64,000 bases of DNA, taken from the NCBI GenBank assembly GCA_963578105.1, contig CAUZBP010000013.1, positions 8,562 through 72,561 on the forward strand. The letters are read 5' to 3'. Shown here piece after piece: positions 46,664 through 56,006 of the stretch; the first letter of the stretch is position 1, and each line of letters begins with the position of its first letter. Below the pieces are notes generated by a model. It had not been told where the DNA came from and did no database searches. It saw only the letters and a list, made by a program, of their open reading frames with translations. The stretch comes from Planctomycetota bacterium. Its GTDB lineage: Bacteria; Planctomycetota; Planctomycetia; Pirellulales; Pirellulaceae. The position numbers and the translations under genes are program-made.

Positions 46664-48802
46664 TTAACGCAGAGACGCCGTTTTGTTCGACTCGAAATCG
46701 GTGGTAGGCTCTGCTTGCCCGGCCCGTTGCCAACCCACGGCCAGCCAGGAATTCTCGCATAGCACTTCTCGAGAAACGAGTCGTCCAGCTCGTCTCCAGC
46801 GGCCCGGCATCTCAAGACCGGTTGGTTCGATCACGGATGGAAATATCCGTTTGAACTGCCTTTTCAACACAGCTTTTTCCGCAGTTTCCCCTGGGGAGAG
46901 TGTTTTCTTTTTGCGGCTTGCGAAATTGGCGGGTTGGATTTTGATATCTCCAACCCGGACGCGCCGGGCACCGGTAGGTGTCATTTCGAACTTGTAGCTC
47001 GCTGTGATGTGCATCGATGTGATTGTTTTTTCCCCCGCAGAAAATTTTTTGCCTCGGAGCATCACCGTATAGGTGTTGTGAGCGAATGAAATGGTAATGG
47101 GCCTGCGACGGATGAAAGTGATGGTCCAGGGGGCGTTGGGATCGGGCTGCATTTGCTCGGGCACCTCCCCGGTCACCTGCTCGATCAACTCAGCGGCCTG
47201 TACATCCGTCAATGTGGCACCTCCGTAAACAGACTCGACGTAATTGTTGATGTAGGATTCGTGGAACCGAGTTACCAGGTCGTAGTCTCCCTCGAGTGTG
47301 ACGGGTGGGGTGTGCGCTGCAAATTGAAAATCGTTAGCCTGTGTCGACTGACAGATGATCGAATCTTCGGTGGAAACGAAGTGAAAAATTGCCGGGGGTT
47401 CACCACGCACGATCAGGGGTCTGAGAAAATTGTCTCGGTAACTCCCGTCAATCTGGATTTCATCAATCTCTTGGTCCAACCTGGTCGAGATTTTTCGCTC
47501 TGTTCGCCGAGCCGCCGTTGTTTCCGCCCTCGGTAACGCAGCCCTGGCCCGTGGCCAAGCCTGCCTTTGCACCTCCCTGCTGCCTCGCACATCCTCGAGG
47601 TTGATATTAGTCGTACAACGGGCTTGGGCAGGATCGGCGCCGAATCCGTCTCCGTTGACAAACACACGTTTTCTGGCATCGATGCTTGTCACAGCGGAAG
47701 TTAGGATAACAGCCGGCCCACTCACTTTCCGCGTGCGAGCGTGCATGGTGGCCACCATCGCAACCTCGACTTCTGCTTGATCGTTATTGGGAACCAATCG
47801 ACTGGTCACGTTTCCGACTGTGCGAGACTCCCCCGAGACTCCGGGACCCGCATTGTTTCGAAGATCCTCGGTTTTATCGATTTCTTGCCGGAAACCGACA
47901 CTGACAAGTTCTCCTGATACGTTCAGGTAGAAATTTGGCTGCACATAGAAATGACGTACGGTTTCGATGAGCTCAGGCACCTGGCCTCCCCGTTTCAGCC
48001 ATCCCAAGCGAATGGATGCGTCTGAGGCGTTTTGAGGGCTTGGTTCTTCGACATAAGATTCGAGGTTTTCAGCAAGTTCTCCCATCGTGGTTTCAAACTG
48101 CTGCTGAAAATGTTCACCATCGTAAGAAAGTGCTTCACCGTATTTGCCAAGTGTTTCACGAACCTTCTGAAAAGGTGGCAATTCAAGGCCCCCATACTGG
48201 GCACGATATCTGCTCTGTACTCGAGCCAAAACTCTTAACGATGGATTGGCCGAATTTGCTAATTCGGCTTGCAAATCGGCCCACAACAAATACTGCTTCC
48301 AGCCGTTTGCTTTGGATTGTCTCTCGCGCGACAAAAATTGATTTAGCTGAGCCACTGCAATCACCAGTGCTTGTCGCGATTTCTCTAGATGATTTTCTTC
48401 CAACGGACTGAAATCAGAAGTGGCGGCGCGAATCAATTCCGGAAGTTCTTCCGCATTTGGTAACAACATGACGCGTTGCCATTGTTCCAACACTTTACGC
48501 ACGGCCACGAAGGGTTCGCGATCTAGCACGCTTGTGTCCCAGGAGTAACGCTCGATGACTTCGGCGATGAGTGTGGGATCAGCTTCGTTTCCCTTCTCCA
48601 GTTCGGAACGCAACTCGTCGGTCATGAGAAAAGCGAGCCAGCCTTCTGCGTTGGTCTTACCCTTGGACCAGGAGCTTAACGCTTCCAGTGCCAATTGCAC
48701 TTTTTCCGGTGACTCTGCCACCACGGCATCGTGAGTCCAGAAAGGTGCAAACACGAAAGTCAGCACGATCAGTACACCCGTTGGTCGAAAACTGCCGCTC
48801 AT
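46664..48802 (-). CDS. Large secreted hypothetical protein (713 aa)
   Basis: ATG at 48802 gives the signal peptide MSGSFRPTGVLIVLTFVFAPFWTHDAVVA. The track ORF extends to 49114 through non-coding-looking sequence. I recognise no domain. Confidence 0.7.
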   Translation of the reverse strand: MSGSFRPTGVLIVLTFVFAPFWTHDAVVAESPEKVQLALEALSSWSKGKTNAEGWLAFLMTDELRSELEKGNEADPTLIAEVIERYSWDTSVLDREPFVAVRKVLEQWQRVMLLPNAEELPELIRAATSDFSPLEENHLEKSRQALVIAVAQLNQFLSRERQSKANGWKQYLLWADLQAELANSANPSLRVLARVQSRYRAQYGGLELPPFQKVRETLGKYGEALSYDGEHFQQQFETTMGELAENLESYVEEPSPQNASDASIRLGWLKRGGQVPELIETVRHFYVQPNFYLNVSGELVSVGFRQEIDKTEDLRNNAGPGVSGESRTVGNVTSRLVPNNDQAEVEVAMVATMHARTRKVSGPAVILTSAVTSIDARKRVFVNGDGFGADPAQARCTTNINLEDVRGSREVQRQAWPRARAALPRAETTAARRTERKISTRLDQEIDEIQIDGSYRDNFLRPLIVRGEPPAIFHFVSTEDSIICQSTQANDFQFAAHTPPVTLEGDYDLVTRFHESYINNYVESVYGGATLTDVQAAELIEQVTGEVPEQMQPDPNAPWTITFIRRRPITISFAHNTYTVMLRGKKFSAGEKTITSMHITASYKFEMTPTGARRVRVGDIKIQPANFASRKKKTLSPGETAEKAVLKRQFKRIFPSVIEPTGLEMPGRWRRAGRLVSREVLCENSWLAVGWQRAGQAEPTTDFESNKTASLR

Positions 48803-49344
48803 GGCGTCATTACCCTCGCAACAGTTCTGGATGTCCAGGTCGCCGCTGCAAAACCGGTTTAGTGTGCCAAGAATATCAAGCCCGTCCATCCTCGCTAAAC
48901 GGCAGAGCGTACGCAAGCCTATCTGAGGTTGAACCCACCATTTCCGGAAAATGTCTGTTCGCAAAACATAGGTAGGGTCCATTGTTTTGTCGAGCTTTGC
49001 CGTAACGGTTATTGGCGCTCTGGTTGGAGGCGGATTGAGGCGGCACGTTTTTAACCTCATGCTGTGTTGGACGTAGACCGGTCGGGTCCGGTTCGTGTTG
49101 ATCCTTCCTGCCAACGTGGGTTCCAGAACTCACCTGCGCCCGCACGAGTGCTAGAACCGTCAAAATCGAAAGAGTGACTCGTCTGGTGATTCCTTTTTCC
49201 AACATTGCAGGAGGTAATTTGGCAACACCTTGACTCTCCACGTGGTACGTTCTTGGTGTTGACAAGTTTTCTCACTTTGCGTCGGATGCTAGCGACAGAT
49301 CGCAAGAAGCATCTGAGTTCTTTAAACTTCAAGGTGCAGCCGTC

Positions 49345-51954
49345 ATGGAGCGAAACGGCAGCCTAACTTTGCAACTGCTGCGACTGATTATTGTCAGTCT
49401 CGTCTGCGTTTGTGGTTGCGCACAATTACGCTTGCCACGCGTTGATCCTACGGGACAACGGCTTTTTCTGCCGGGCCCAGAACGGGCTACCATCGTGACG
49501 CCCGAATTACCTTTTGGTCGGTCAGGGGCAGCTTATCAAACCCCTCCGATGCCTCCCCCGTGCCCGCAAGGAGTATTTCCTGCAACGACGCCCCCGGTCA
49601 TTCCAGCTGCCCTTTACCCATCGGCTTTGCCTGGGATGCCGCCCGCGGACACTTCCCGGCTTGCATTTCGACCCCGGTTGAGCACCGTCAGGTTGTCAAC
49701 GACTTCGACGGGAGTCCTTGTGAATCCTGGCAGGATCATTGCTCCGGTAGGTAGCCTGGTTGTTTTGAAGGCCGGTCTTTGTGGCCAGAATGGAAAGCTA
49801 ATATCCGGAGAGCCGATACAGTGGATCATGTCACAAGAGAGCGTAGGATATTTCGTCTCGGTTGGTGAAATGGATGTTCCCAGGTTGCGAATTGTTCCTC
49901 GGTTCGATTGGGGCAAGATCAGCAACAGCTTGGCAATGGGCCAAACTGGGAGAACTGCTCAGGTTGTGACACGAGGAACGGCTTCACGAGCGGATGATGT
50001 TTTGGTGCTGGAAGGGGAGTCATGGTTGACATTAGCCTCCTCCAGCGAGGGTGTGAGCCGCGTAACCGCCCACGCACCCGATTCGCAATCCTGGGATTCC
50101 GTTCGGCAGACGGCAGTGGTTCATTGGGTTGATGCGGAAGCGACGTTTGCTCCTGTTGAGCAGGCTAAAGTTGGAAGACCAGTTGATCTGACGACTTCCG
50201 TAACCAAGCTTTCCACCGGGGAACCTCTTGGTGGTGCGATTGTTCGCTACGAGTTAGTGGGGGATACAACGGCCAGATTTGCGCCCCTCGACAGCCGTTA
50301 CGTGGAAGTTCCCACCAACCATGAAGGCCGTGCTGTGGCCCAACTCATTTCCCGAAGCAGGCAGGCCGGAACTAGTGACATTGCCATTCAAGTGATTCAG
50401 GCACCTGCCAGAGACAACGACTTCACACGACTAGTATTGGCCCAGGGTTCAACTCAGGTCAGCTGGAGTACCGCTCAGCTGGCTTTACGCGTAGTAGGTC
50501 CTGATGTGTGTGAAGTGGATTCCACAATGACATACCGCGTGGATGTCTCGAATACTGGAGATCTGCCTGCCAATGACATTGTACTGAGTGAAGTAATGCC
50601 GGAAGGTCTTAGATTTGTAAACAGCAATCCACCTGCCGAAGTTTATGGCAACCGTGTCCAGTGGCAACTTGGAGATCTACAGGGTGGTAGCCACTGCGTC
50701 ATCGAATTTTGTTGTCAGGCGGAGTGTGTCGGAAGTTTTCAGCATTATTTTCATGTCCGAGATGAAAATGGATTGGAATGTAACGAGATCTTGTCCGCCC
50801 GAGTCATTGCTCCGACGTTGAATCTGGAAGTGTCAGGACCTCAGATCGCTGAAGTTGGCCGCGAAGTTCAGTTTCGAGTTGTTGCCCGCAACTTGAGTCA
50901 ACAAACGATTCAGAATGTTATTGTTCACGACCGGTTTGACGAGGGGTTGGAACATGCGAAGGCTGTTAGTCCTATTGAACGCCGGTTGGGAACCTTGGAG
51001 GCGGGGCAGGTCAAACGGTTTGCCGTCACTTTTACGGTTCAACGGGCCGGAACCCTTTGCCACTCGCTGGAACTGACCGCTGACGGCGGACACCACACAT
51101 CGGAGAGGGTTTGTCTACAAGCGGCGCCAGCTCGAGCCAGGCCACATCCGGCCATCTCCGTCAAAAAGACTGGTCCCAAATCGCGCGAACTTGGGGAAAT
51201 TGCAGAGTTCTTGATTGAAGTGGTCAACACGGGAAATGTGCCCCTGCAGGATGTGCGTGTCGATGACCATTATCCAAGCGACTTGCGACCCTTCCAGGCA
51301 ACACAAGGTTGGGTAGTCGAAGGGGAGGCTTTGGTATGGTCAATTCCGCAGTTGCCAGTTGGTTCACGATCACTGCTGCGAATACGGTGCGATTGTTTAG
51401 AGGCGAATCCAAACACTTGCACCCGGGTGACGGTGAGTTCGGGTCATCCTGTCGTAACAGTTGTCAACGAAGCTTGTATGGAAATTTATGATCGGGCCGG
51501 CATTGTCGATCTGGACCCTACTGATCGACTTGAAGTTCCCGAGAGTCAAGGTGAAATCCAGTCAGTTCCCGCCCAGGCGAGTGGCGGCCTGGAGCTAACA
51601 CTCACCGATTTGAGTGATCCTGTCCGACAGGGTCGACAGCTTGTCTACCTGTTGAGGATTTTCAACAACCGAGAAGTGAGTGACCGGGATCTGCATCTCA
51701 CGCTGGAAATACCGCCCGAGTTAAAGCTAGAGAAGATTCAAGGTCCGGTCAAATTGGACAGCCGTTATCCTTCTACCGGACGTACCATCCACATGGTACC
51801 AATATCAGAACTGCGCGCCGCTGACGAAGTGACCTTCCGCATTGAGGCAATCGCCGTGCAGGCTGGACCAGTGCGGCTGCAGGCAACATTGGAGAGTCTC
51901 CTTTCGGAGAACCGCATCATTGTCGCGGAAGACACAACCATTTTCGAAGAATGA
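49345..51954 (+). CDS. Lipoprotein with Ig-like and multiple DUF11 ('conserved repeat domain') repeats
   Basis: Lipobox LVCVCGC. There are at least three DUF11-type units, e.g. MTYRVDVSNTGDLPANDIVLSEVMPEGLRFVNSNP, VQFRVVARNLSQQTIQNVIVHDRFDEGLE and AEFLIEVVNTGNVPLQDVRVDDHYPSDLR, plus a fourth more divergent unit (LVYLLRIFNNREVSDRDLHLTLEIPPEL). Confidence 0.8.
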   Translation: MERNGSLTLQLLRLIIVSLVCVCGCAQLRLPRVDPTGQRLFLPGPERATIVTPELPFGRSGAAYQTPPMPPPCPQGVFPATTPPVIPAALYPSALPGMPPADTSRLAFRPRLSTVRLSTTSTGVLVNPGRIIAPVGSLVVLKAGLCGQNGKLISGEPIQWIMSQESVGYFVSVGEMDVPRLRIVPRFDWGKISNSLAMGQTGRTAQVVTRGTASRADDVLVLEGESWLTLASSSEGVSRVTAHAPDSQSWDSVRQTAVVHWVDAEATFAPVEQAKVGRPVDLTTSVTKLSTGEPLGGAIVRYELVGDTTARFAPLDSRYVEVPTNHEGRAVAQLISRSRQAGTSDIAIQVIQAPARDNDFTRLVLAQGSTQVSWSTAQLALRVVGPDVCEVDSTMTYRVDVSNTGDLPANDIVLSEVMPEGLRFVNSNPPAEVYGNRVQWQLGDLQGGSHCVIEFCCQAECVGSFQHYFHVRDENGLECNEILSARVIAPTLNLEVSGPQIAEVGREVQFRVVARNLSQQTIQNVIVHDRFDEGLEHAKAVSPIERRLGTLEAGQVKRFAVTFTVQRAGTLCHSLELTADGGHHTSERVCLQAAPARARPHPAISVKKTGPKSRELGEIAEFLIEVVNTGNVPLQDVRVDDHYPSDLRPFQATQGWVVEGEALVWSIPQLPVGSRSLLRIRCDCLEANPNTCTRVTVSSGHPVVTVVNEACMEIYDRAGIVDLDPTDRLEVPESQGEIQSVPAQASGGLELTLTDLSDPVRQGRQLVYLLRIFNNREVSDRDLHLTLEIPPELKLEKIQGPVKLDSRYPSTGRTIHMVPISELRAADEVTFRIEAIAVQAGPVRLQATLESLLSENRIIVAEDTTIFEE

Positions 51955-52041
51955 TGTTTTCTATGAATTGGGCGTTGAGACTACAGAACCGAGCGTTCAG
52001 AAGTTACAATCAATTGGCTCTCTGTAACGTATTGTAGTCTG

Positions 52042-52050
52042 CCCCCCCCC
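52042..52050. repeat. Homopolymeric C9 tract
   Basis: gCCCCCCCCCt read directly from the sequence, 15-23 nt upstream of the ATG at 52065 in an otherwise C-rich leader (CTGCCCCTTCCC) that lacks a Shine-Dalgarno sequence. Confidence 0.95.
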
Positions 52051-52064
52051 TGCCCCTTCCCAAA

Positions 52065-52472
52065 ATGGTTTCCTGCCCTCCCCGTCAATTCGTCATTCTG
52101 CGACACCAAATGTCGCCCGAATCTGGCCGTGGCCCGCATTGGGATCTGATGCTGGAGCAATCGGGCGTGCTACGCACGTGGGCCCTCTCTAAAGAACCCC
52201 GCATTGGTTCCACGATTCAGGGTCAATTGTTGGACGATCATCGACTGGCTTATCTGGAATTCGAGGGAGAAGTGTCCGGTGGACGTGGCATTGTGACTGC
52301 TTGGATGAAAGGCACCTATAAGCTGTACGGTGAAGACGCGGCCCAGTTTGTGATTGATTTATTGAGTCCGGACTGGACATCTCGAGTGGTGGCCGCTCAA
52401 CGTGAAAAAACCAACGAATGGCAATTTCAGTTCGATCCAATCCCGTTCACACCTTCCCGTGGTTTTGAATGA
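52065..52472 (+). CDS. Stand-alone LigD 3'-phosphoesterase-like ('DNA polymerase ligase N-terminal domain') protein
   Basis: FVILRHQ....GPHWDLMLEQSGVLRTWALSKEP ... LDDHRLAYLEFEGEV..GRGIVTAWMKGTY aligns by eye with the LigD PE pattern FVIQKH.A..LHYDFRLE.DGVL.SWAVPKGP ... VEDHPL.Y..FEG.IP...YG.G.V..WD.GTY. Confidence 0.75.
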   Translation: MVSCPPRQFVILRHQMSPESGRGPHWDLMLEQSGVLRTWALSKEPRIGSTIQGQLLDDHRLAYLEFEGEVSGGRGIVTAWMKGTYKLYGEDAAQFVIDLLSPDWTSRVVAAQREKTNEWQFQFDPIPFTPSRGFE

Positions 52473-53263
52473 AACTGGGCAGGCGACCGCACGTTGTGGA
52501 TGTTTTCAGCAGCCGGATTTTGGGTTCCAGACTCTTTCGTTGCTTCAGTACGTCCGGCGAGATAGATTTCCCCATCATGGAGTTCCAGAGCTTCGAGATG
52601 AAGCAGTTTTTTCATTTCCTCCCGATGGTCGGGAATTGTCAGTTCTGCGACGGGATCACCCTCGAACTGCATCCATTTTAAATCGATCTCAGCTCGTCGC
52701 GCGAAAACACTGACCACATTTAAGACTCGAACCAGGGGAACCGGCAATTTTCCGGCTCGTGCCTTGTGAATTTGAATGGCAATCACATTGGGCTGTTCCG
52801 TGAGATGGACGTTCACTTCCATGGACAACACTGTTTGAATTGGCGGATCAGTGTAACCACAGGCCAGTAACGCCCTGCCGGATTCAATGGAGACCCTTGG
52901 ATTTTGAAACTCCGGGGGCAACACTCCGGAAAATTTCTCAGTCAGATCACTTGCCAGCCAGCCATTAATTTGACTGTCCGTAAACGTGGCCTGCCAATTG
53001 CCTGTCCGCCGTGTCTCATTGTGCAGCGTCAGTACTCGTTGCTCCAGTTGGTCTCCAGCTTCAGCTTGTGGTCCGGCCTCCTGTTCCAGGGCATGACGAT
53101 AGAATTGTGGCTCCTGGCGAGAGGCGACGTGAATTCCGAGAAACAAGGCACCGAATATCACCGGAAGAATTACAAAACAAAGTCCTAGAATTTGCAGGAA
53201 TTTGCGCACGCGAAGGGCCGTGGGGACGAGGAATTGAAAGGCAGGGGAAGACGTTGATGTCAC
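52427..53263 (-). CDS. Hypothetical N-terminally membrane-anchored protein (278 aa)
   Basis: GTG start and TM helix FLQILGLCFVILPVIFGALFLGI. I recognise no domain. Its 3' end overlaps the convergent gene by 46 nt. Confidence 0.55.
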   Translation of the reverse strand: MTSTSSPAFQFLVPTALRVRKFLQILGLCFVILPVIFGALFLGIHVASRQEPQFYRHALEQEAGPQAEAGDQLEQRVLTLHNETRRTGNWQATFTDSQINGWLASDLTEKFSGVLPPEFQNPRVSIESGRALLACGYTDPPIQTVLSMEVNVHLTEQPNVIAIQIHKARAGKLPVPLVRVLNVVSVFARRAEIDLKWMQFEGDPVAELTIPDHREEMKKLLHLEALELHDGEIYLAGRTEATKESGTQNPAAENIHNVRSPAQFHSKPREGVNGIGSN

Positions 53264-53335
53264 CGATGCCCAGTAGCCTGAAGCATCAGCGTTGAAATCG
53301 TATGCGTATCGGGTGGCCGGGTCAACGGTTGTCGG

Positions 53336-54619
53336 CTAGCGCACGAAGCGCAATAGTGCGTATTTTTTCTTGCCGGAGCGTAGTACGATGATACTTTCCC
53401 CGACGAGATTCTGAGTGGTTAAGCTTGTTTCGATACTGTCGACACGCCGGTTGTTGACGTAGGCGCCACCCTGTTGTACGGCGCGCCGAGCTTCGCCATT
53501 GCTGTTGGCTAAACCTGCTTCACGCATCGCATCAACAATATTCAGCCCATCATCCGCCAGCCTTTCCATGACCAGTTCCTTGCTGGGAACATCGGAAAAA
53601 ATCTCCAACAACTGCTCGTCGGACGACTTGTCGATCTGGGCACCAAAAAAAGCGTTTGACGCGCGTTGCGCGCTAGCGAGACCCGGAGAACCATGAACCA
53701 AACGTGTCAGTTCTTCGGCCACTCGCTTTTGACTTTCACGCAGATGGGGACTTTCGGTTCGAGACGCATCGAGGGCTTCGATTTCTTCACGTTCGAGTTC
53801 GGTCAGATACCGCAAGCACATACCGATGTCTGCATCGTCAATGTTGATCCAATACTGATAGAAAGCGTAGGGACTTGTCCGCTCAGGTGAAAGCCACACT
53901 GTTCCACTTTCAGTTTTCCCCATTTTCGACCCGTCGACTTTGGTCAGAAGCGGACTGGTGATCCCGTGCAAATGAGTATTTCGCATGCGACGTGCCAGGT
54001 CGATACCTGCGGTGATGTTTCCCCATTGATCACTGCCGCCGATCTGCAGTTCACAACCGTATTCGTCGTACAGGTGGACAAAGTCATACGCCTGTAACAA
54101 CATGTAACTGAATTCCGTATAACTGATGCCCCCTTCGTCGCGGCCGATGCGACTCTTGACAGAGTCTTTTGCCAACATGACGTTGACAGGAAAATTCTTG
54201 CCGATGTCACGCAGAAAATCGAGATAACTGAACTGACGCATCCAGTCAAAATTGTTGACGAGCACTGCAGCGAAAGGACCCGGAGTAAAATCCAGGAACT
54301 TCAGCATCTGACTTTTGAGGCCCTGAATGTTGTCTTCCAGCGAGTCGGCCGAAAGCAAGTTGCGTTCTTGGCTCTTACCACTCGGGTCGCCGATCATTCC
54401 GGTTGCACCTCCGACCAATGCCAGTGGATGATGTCCGGCTTTCTGAAAGCGCCGGAGCGTCATGAGTGGCATCAGGCTTCCCACATGCAGGCTGGAAGCC
54501 GTGGGATCAAAACCGACATAAACGGTCCGTGAACCACCAGCCAGCCACTCGGCAAGGTGTTTCCCGTCCGTCGTTTGATGAATCAACCCGCGCCATGTTA
54601 ACTCAGAAAAAATATCCAT
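53336..54619 (-). CDS. tyrS: Tyrosine-tRNA ligase
   Basis: ATG at 54619 (MDIFSELTWRGLIHQ). HIGH-type motif PTASSLHVGS, KMSKS-type motif KMGKT, and a C-terminal S4 domain (GEARRAVQQGGAYVNNRRV). Confidence 0.95.
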   Translation of the reverse strand: MDIFSELTWRGLIHQTTDGKHLAEWLAGGSRTVYVGFDPTASSLHVGSLMPLMTLRRFQKAGHHPLALVGGATGMIGDPSGKSQERNLLSADSLEDNIQGLKSQMLKFLDFTPGPFAAVLVNNFDWMRQFSYLDFLRDIGKNFPVNVMLAKDSVKSRIGRDEGGISYTEFSYMLLQAYDFVHLYDEYGCELQIGGSDQWGNITAGIDLARRMRNTHLHGITSPLLTKVDGSKMGKTESGTVWLSPERTSPYAFYQYWINIDDADIGMCLRYLTELEREEIEALDASRTESPHLRESQKRVAEELTRLVHGSPGLASAQRASNAFFGAQIDKSSDEQLLEIFSDVPSKELVMERLADDGLNIVDAMREAGLANSNGEARRAVQQGGAYVNNRRVDSIETSLTTQNLVGESIIVLRSGKKKYALLRFVR

Positions 54620-54952
54620 CACAAATGGTTCGTGGTAAGTGTTAGGTGAAAAACAAGACTTCTCAGGCAACCTTTTGCCGCGACAAAATTCTCAGCAGGT
54701 TCTGCTCTCGGAAATCGGAAATACGGGACCAACAAATGTTACGCGTAGAGTCCCCATCGCCTATCCAGACGAATCGGGACCAAACAACGGATCTGACACG
54801 TGCTGTGTTCTCCGTGACGGTGTGGTAAGTCAATAGCCCGGGTTTAATTCGTTCCTTCGCCAGGCGGGACAAATGGCGACGATGTCTGAAGGTTTCTAAA
54901 GACCCAAGCATGTAAAAAGCTTAACTCCCTGCAGTTTCAAACTCCCTTTCCC

Positions 54953-55693
54953 TTACCTCCACAGATTGTCGTCAGCAAAAGGATGTGTCGGGCCAGAGAT
55001 GTTTGGTTTGGGAAGTGCCTTCAAAGCTTGCGCCGCAAGTCGCAAGTCTTCTTTGGTCGTAATCTTGAAGTTGATGGTCGAACCGGGAACGACGGTGACC
55101 TTGTGACCCATCCGCTCCACTAACTGGGCATCGTCTGTGGCCTCGAAATTACCTTGTTGAGCGTAGGCATCCAGCAACAGTTGCCGGCGAAAGACCTGGG
55201 GCGTTTGTGCCTCCCAGAGCTGTTCGCGCGAAACGGTCTCTTGAACTGTTTTCTGGGAATCAACACGCTTCAGCGTTCCGGCGACAGGCACTGCAAAAAT
55301 CGCTGCTCCGCTGTCTTCAGCCGCTGCAAATATCTTGCTGATCCATTCATCTACCAGACAAGGCCGAGCAGCATCGTGAATTGCGACGTAGTCCAGGTCG
55401 GGTTTCACATGTGCCAGAGCACTTGCCACCGAAGCCGAGCGTGTTGATCCTCCAGCCACGACGTCGATCCCCAAAATTGCAACGTTAGCACCAAACTTCA
55501 TCTGGAAATATTCTTGATCTTCCGGCGAGATCGTAACAATCAGTTGTTTGACGTCGTCTCGATTTAAGAATTTTTCAGCCGAATGGAGCCAGACGGCCCG
55601 ATTGTCAAGTAGCGCAAAAGGCTTTTTGTAGTGCTGGTCACGAAAGCGGCTGCTCTTTCCAGCCGCTGGCAGGATAACCGCATATGTTGCCAC
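54953..55693 (-). CDS. ispD: 2-C-methyl-D-erythritol 4-phosphate cytidylyltransferase
   Basis: AVILPAAGKSSRF, VAIHDAARP, TPQVF and NFKITTKEDL. GTG start. Confidence 0.93.
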   Translation of the reverse strand: MATYAVILPAAGKSSRFRDQHYKKPFALLDNRAVWLHSAEKFLNRDDVKQLIVTISPEDQEYFQMKFGANVAILGIDVVAGGSTRSASVASALAHVKPDLDYVAIHDAARPCLVDEWISKIFAAAEDSGAAIFAVPVAGTLKRVDSQKTVQETVSREQLWEAQTPQVFRRQLLLDAYAQQGNFEATDDAQLVERMGHKVTVVPGSTINFKITTKEDLRLAAQALKALPKPNISGPTHPFADDNLWR

Positions 55694-56006
55694 TGGAGGA
55701 AACCCGTTTTGCGAAGGATGATTTTGAAAAATCTGGTTCTAAAGAGGCCAGAAAAACAAATCTCGTCGGAACATGGCACGTAGCCCGCTGAAAAATTCTG
55801 ACGAGGAAACACAATTCAGTTGAAAATATAATGGTGGCCGACTGCCGGAACTGTGCGGAGGTCAGGAACAGGTGTTCATGCCATCTTACCTGCCGCTTGT
55901 TTCGAACTACCCCGCGGTGACTCACGCAGTGGAGTTGCGGGATGGGTTTCCAAGGCCGCCTGTGTCTGCCAGCAGACCAACGATTTTCTGATCGACTAGC
56001 AGGACC

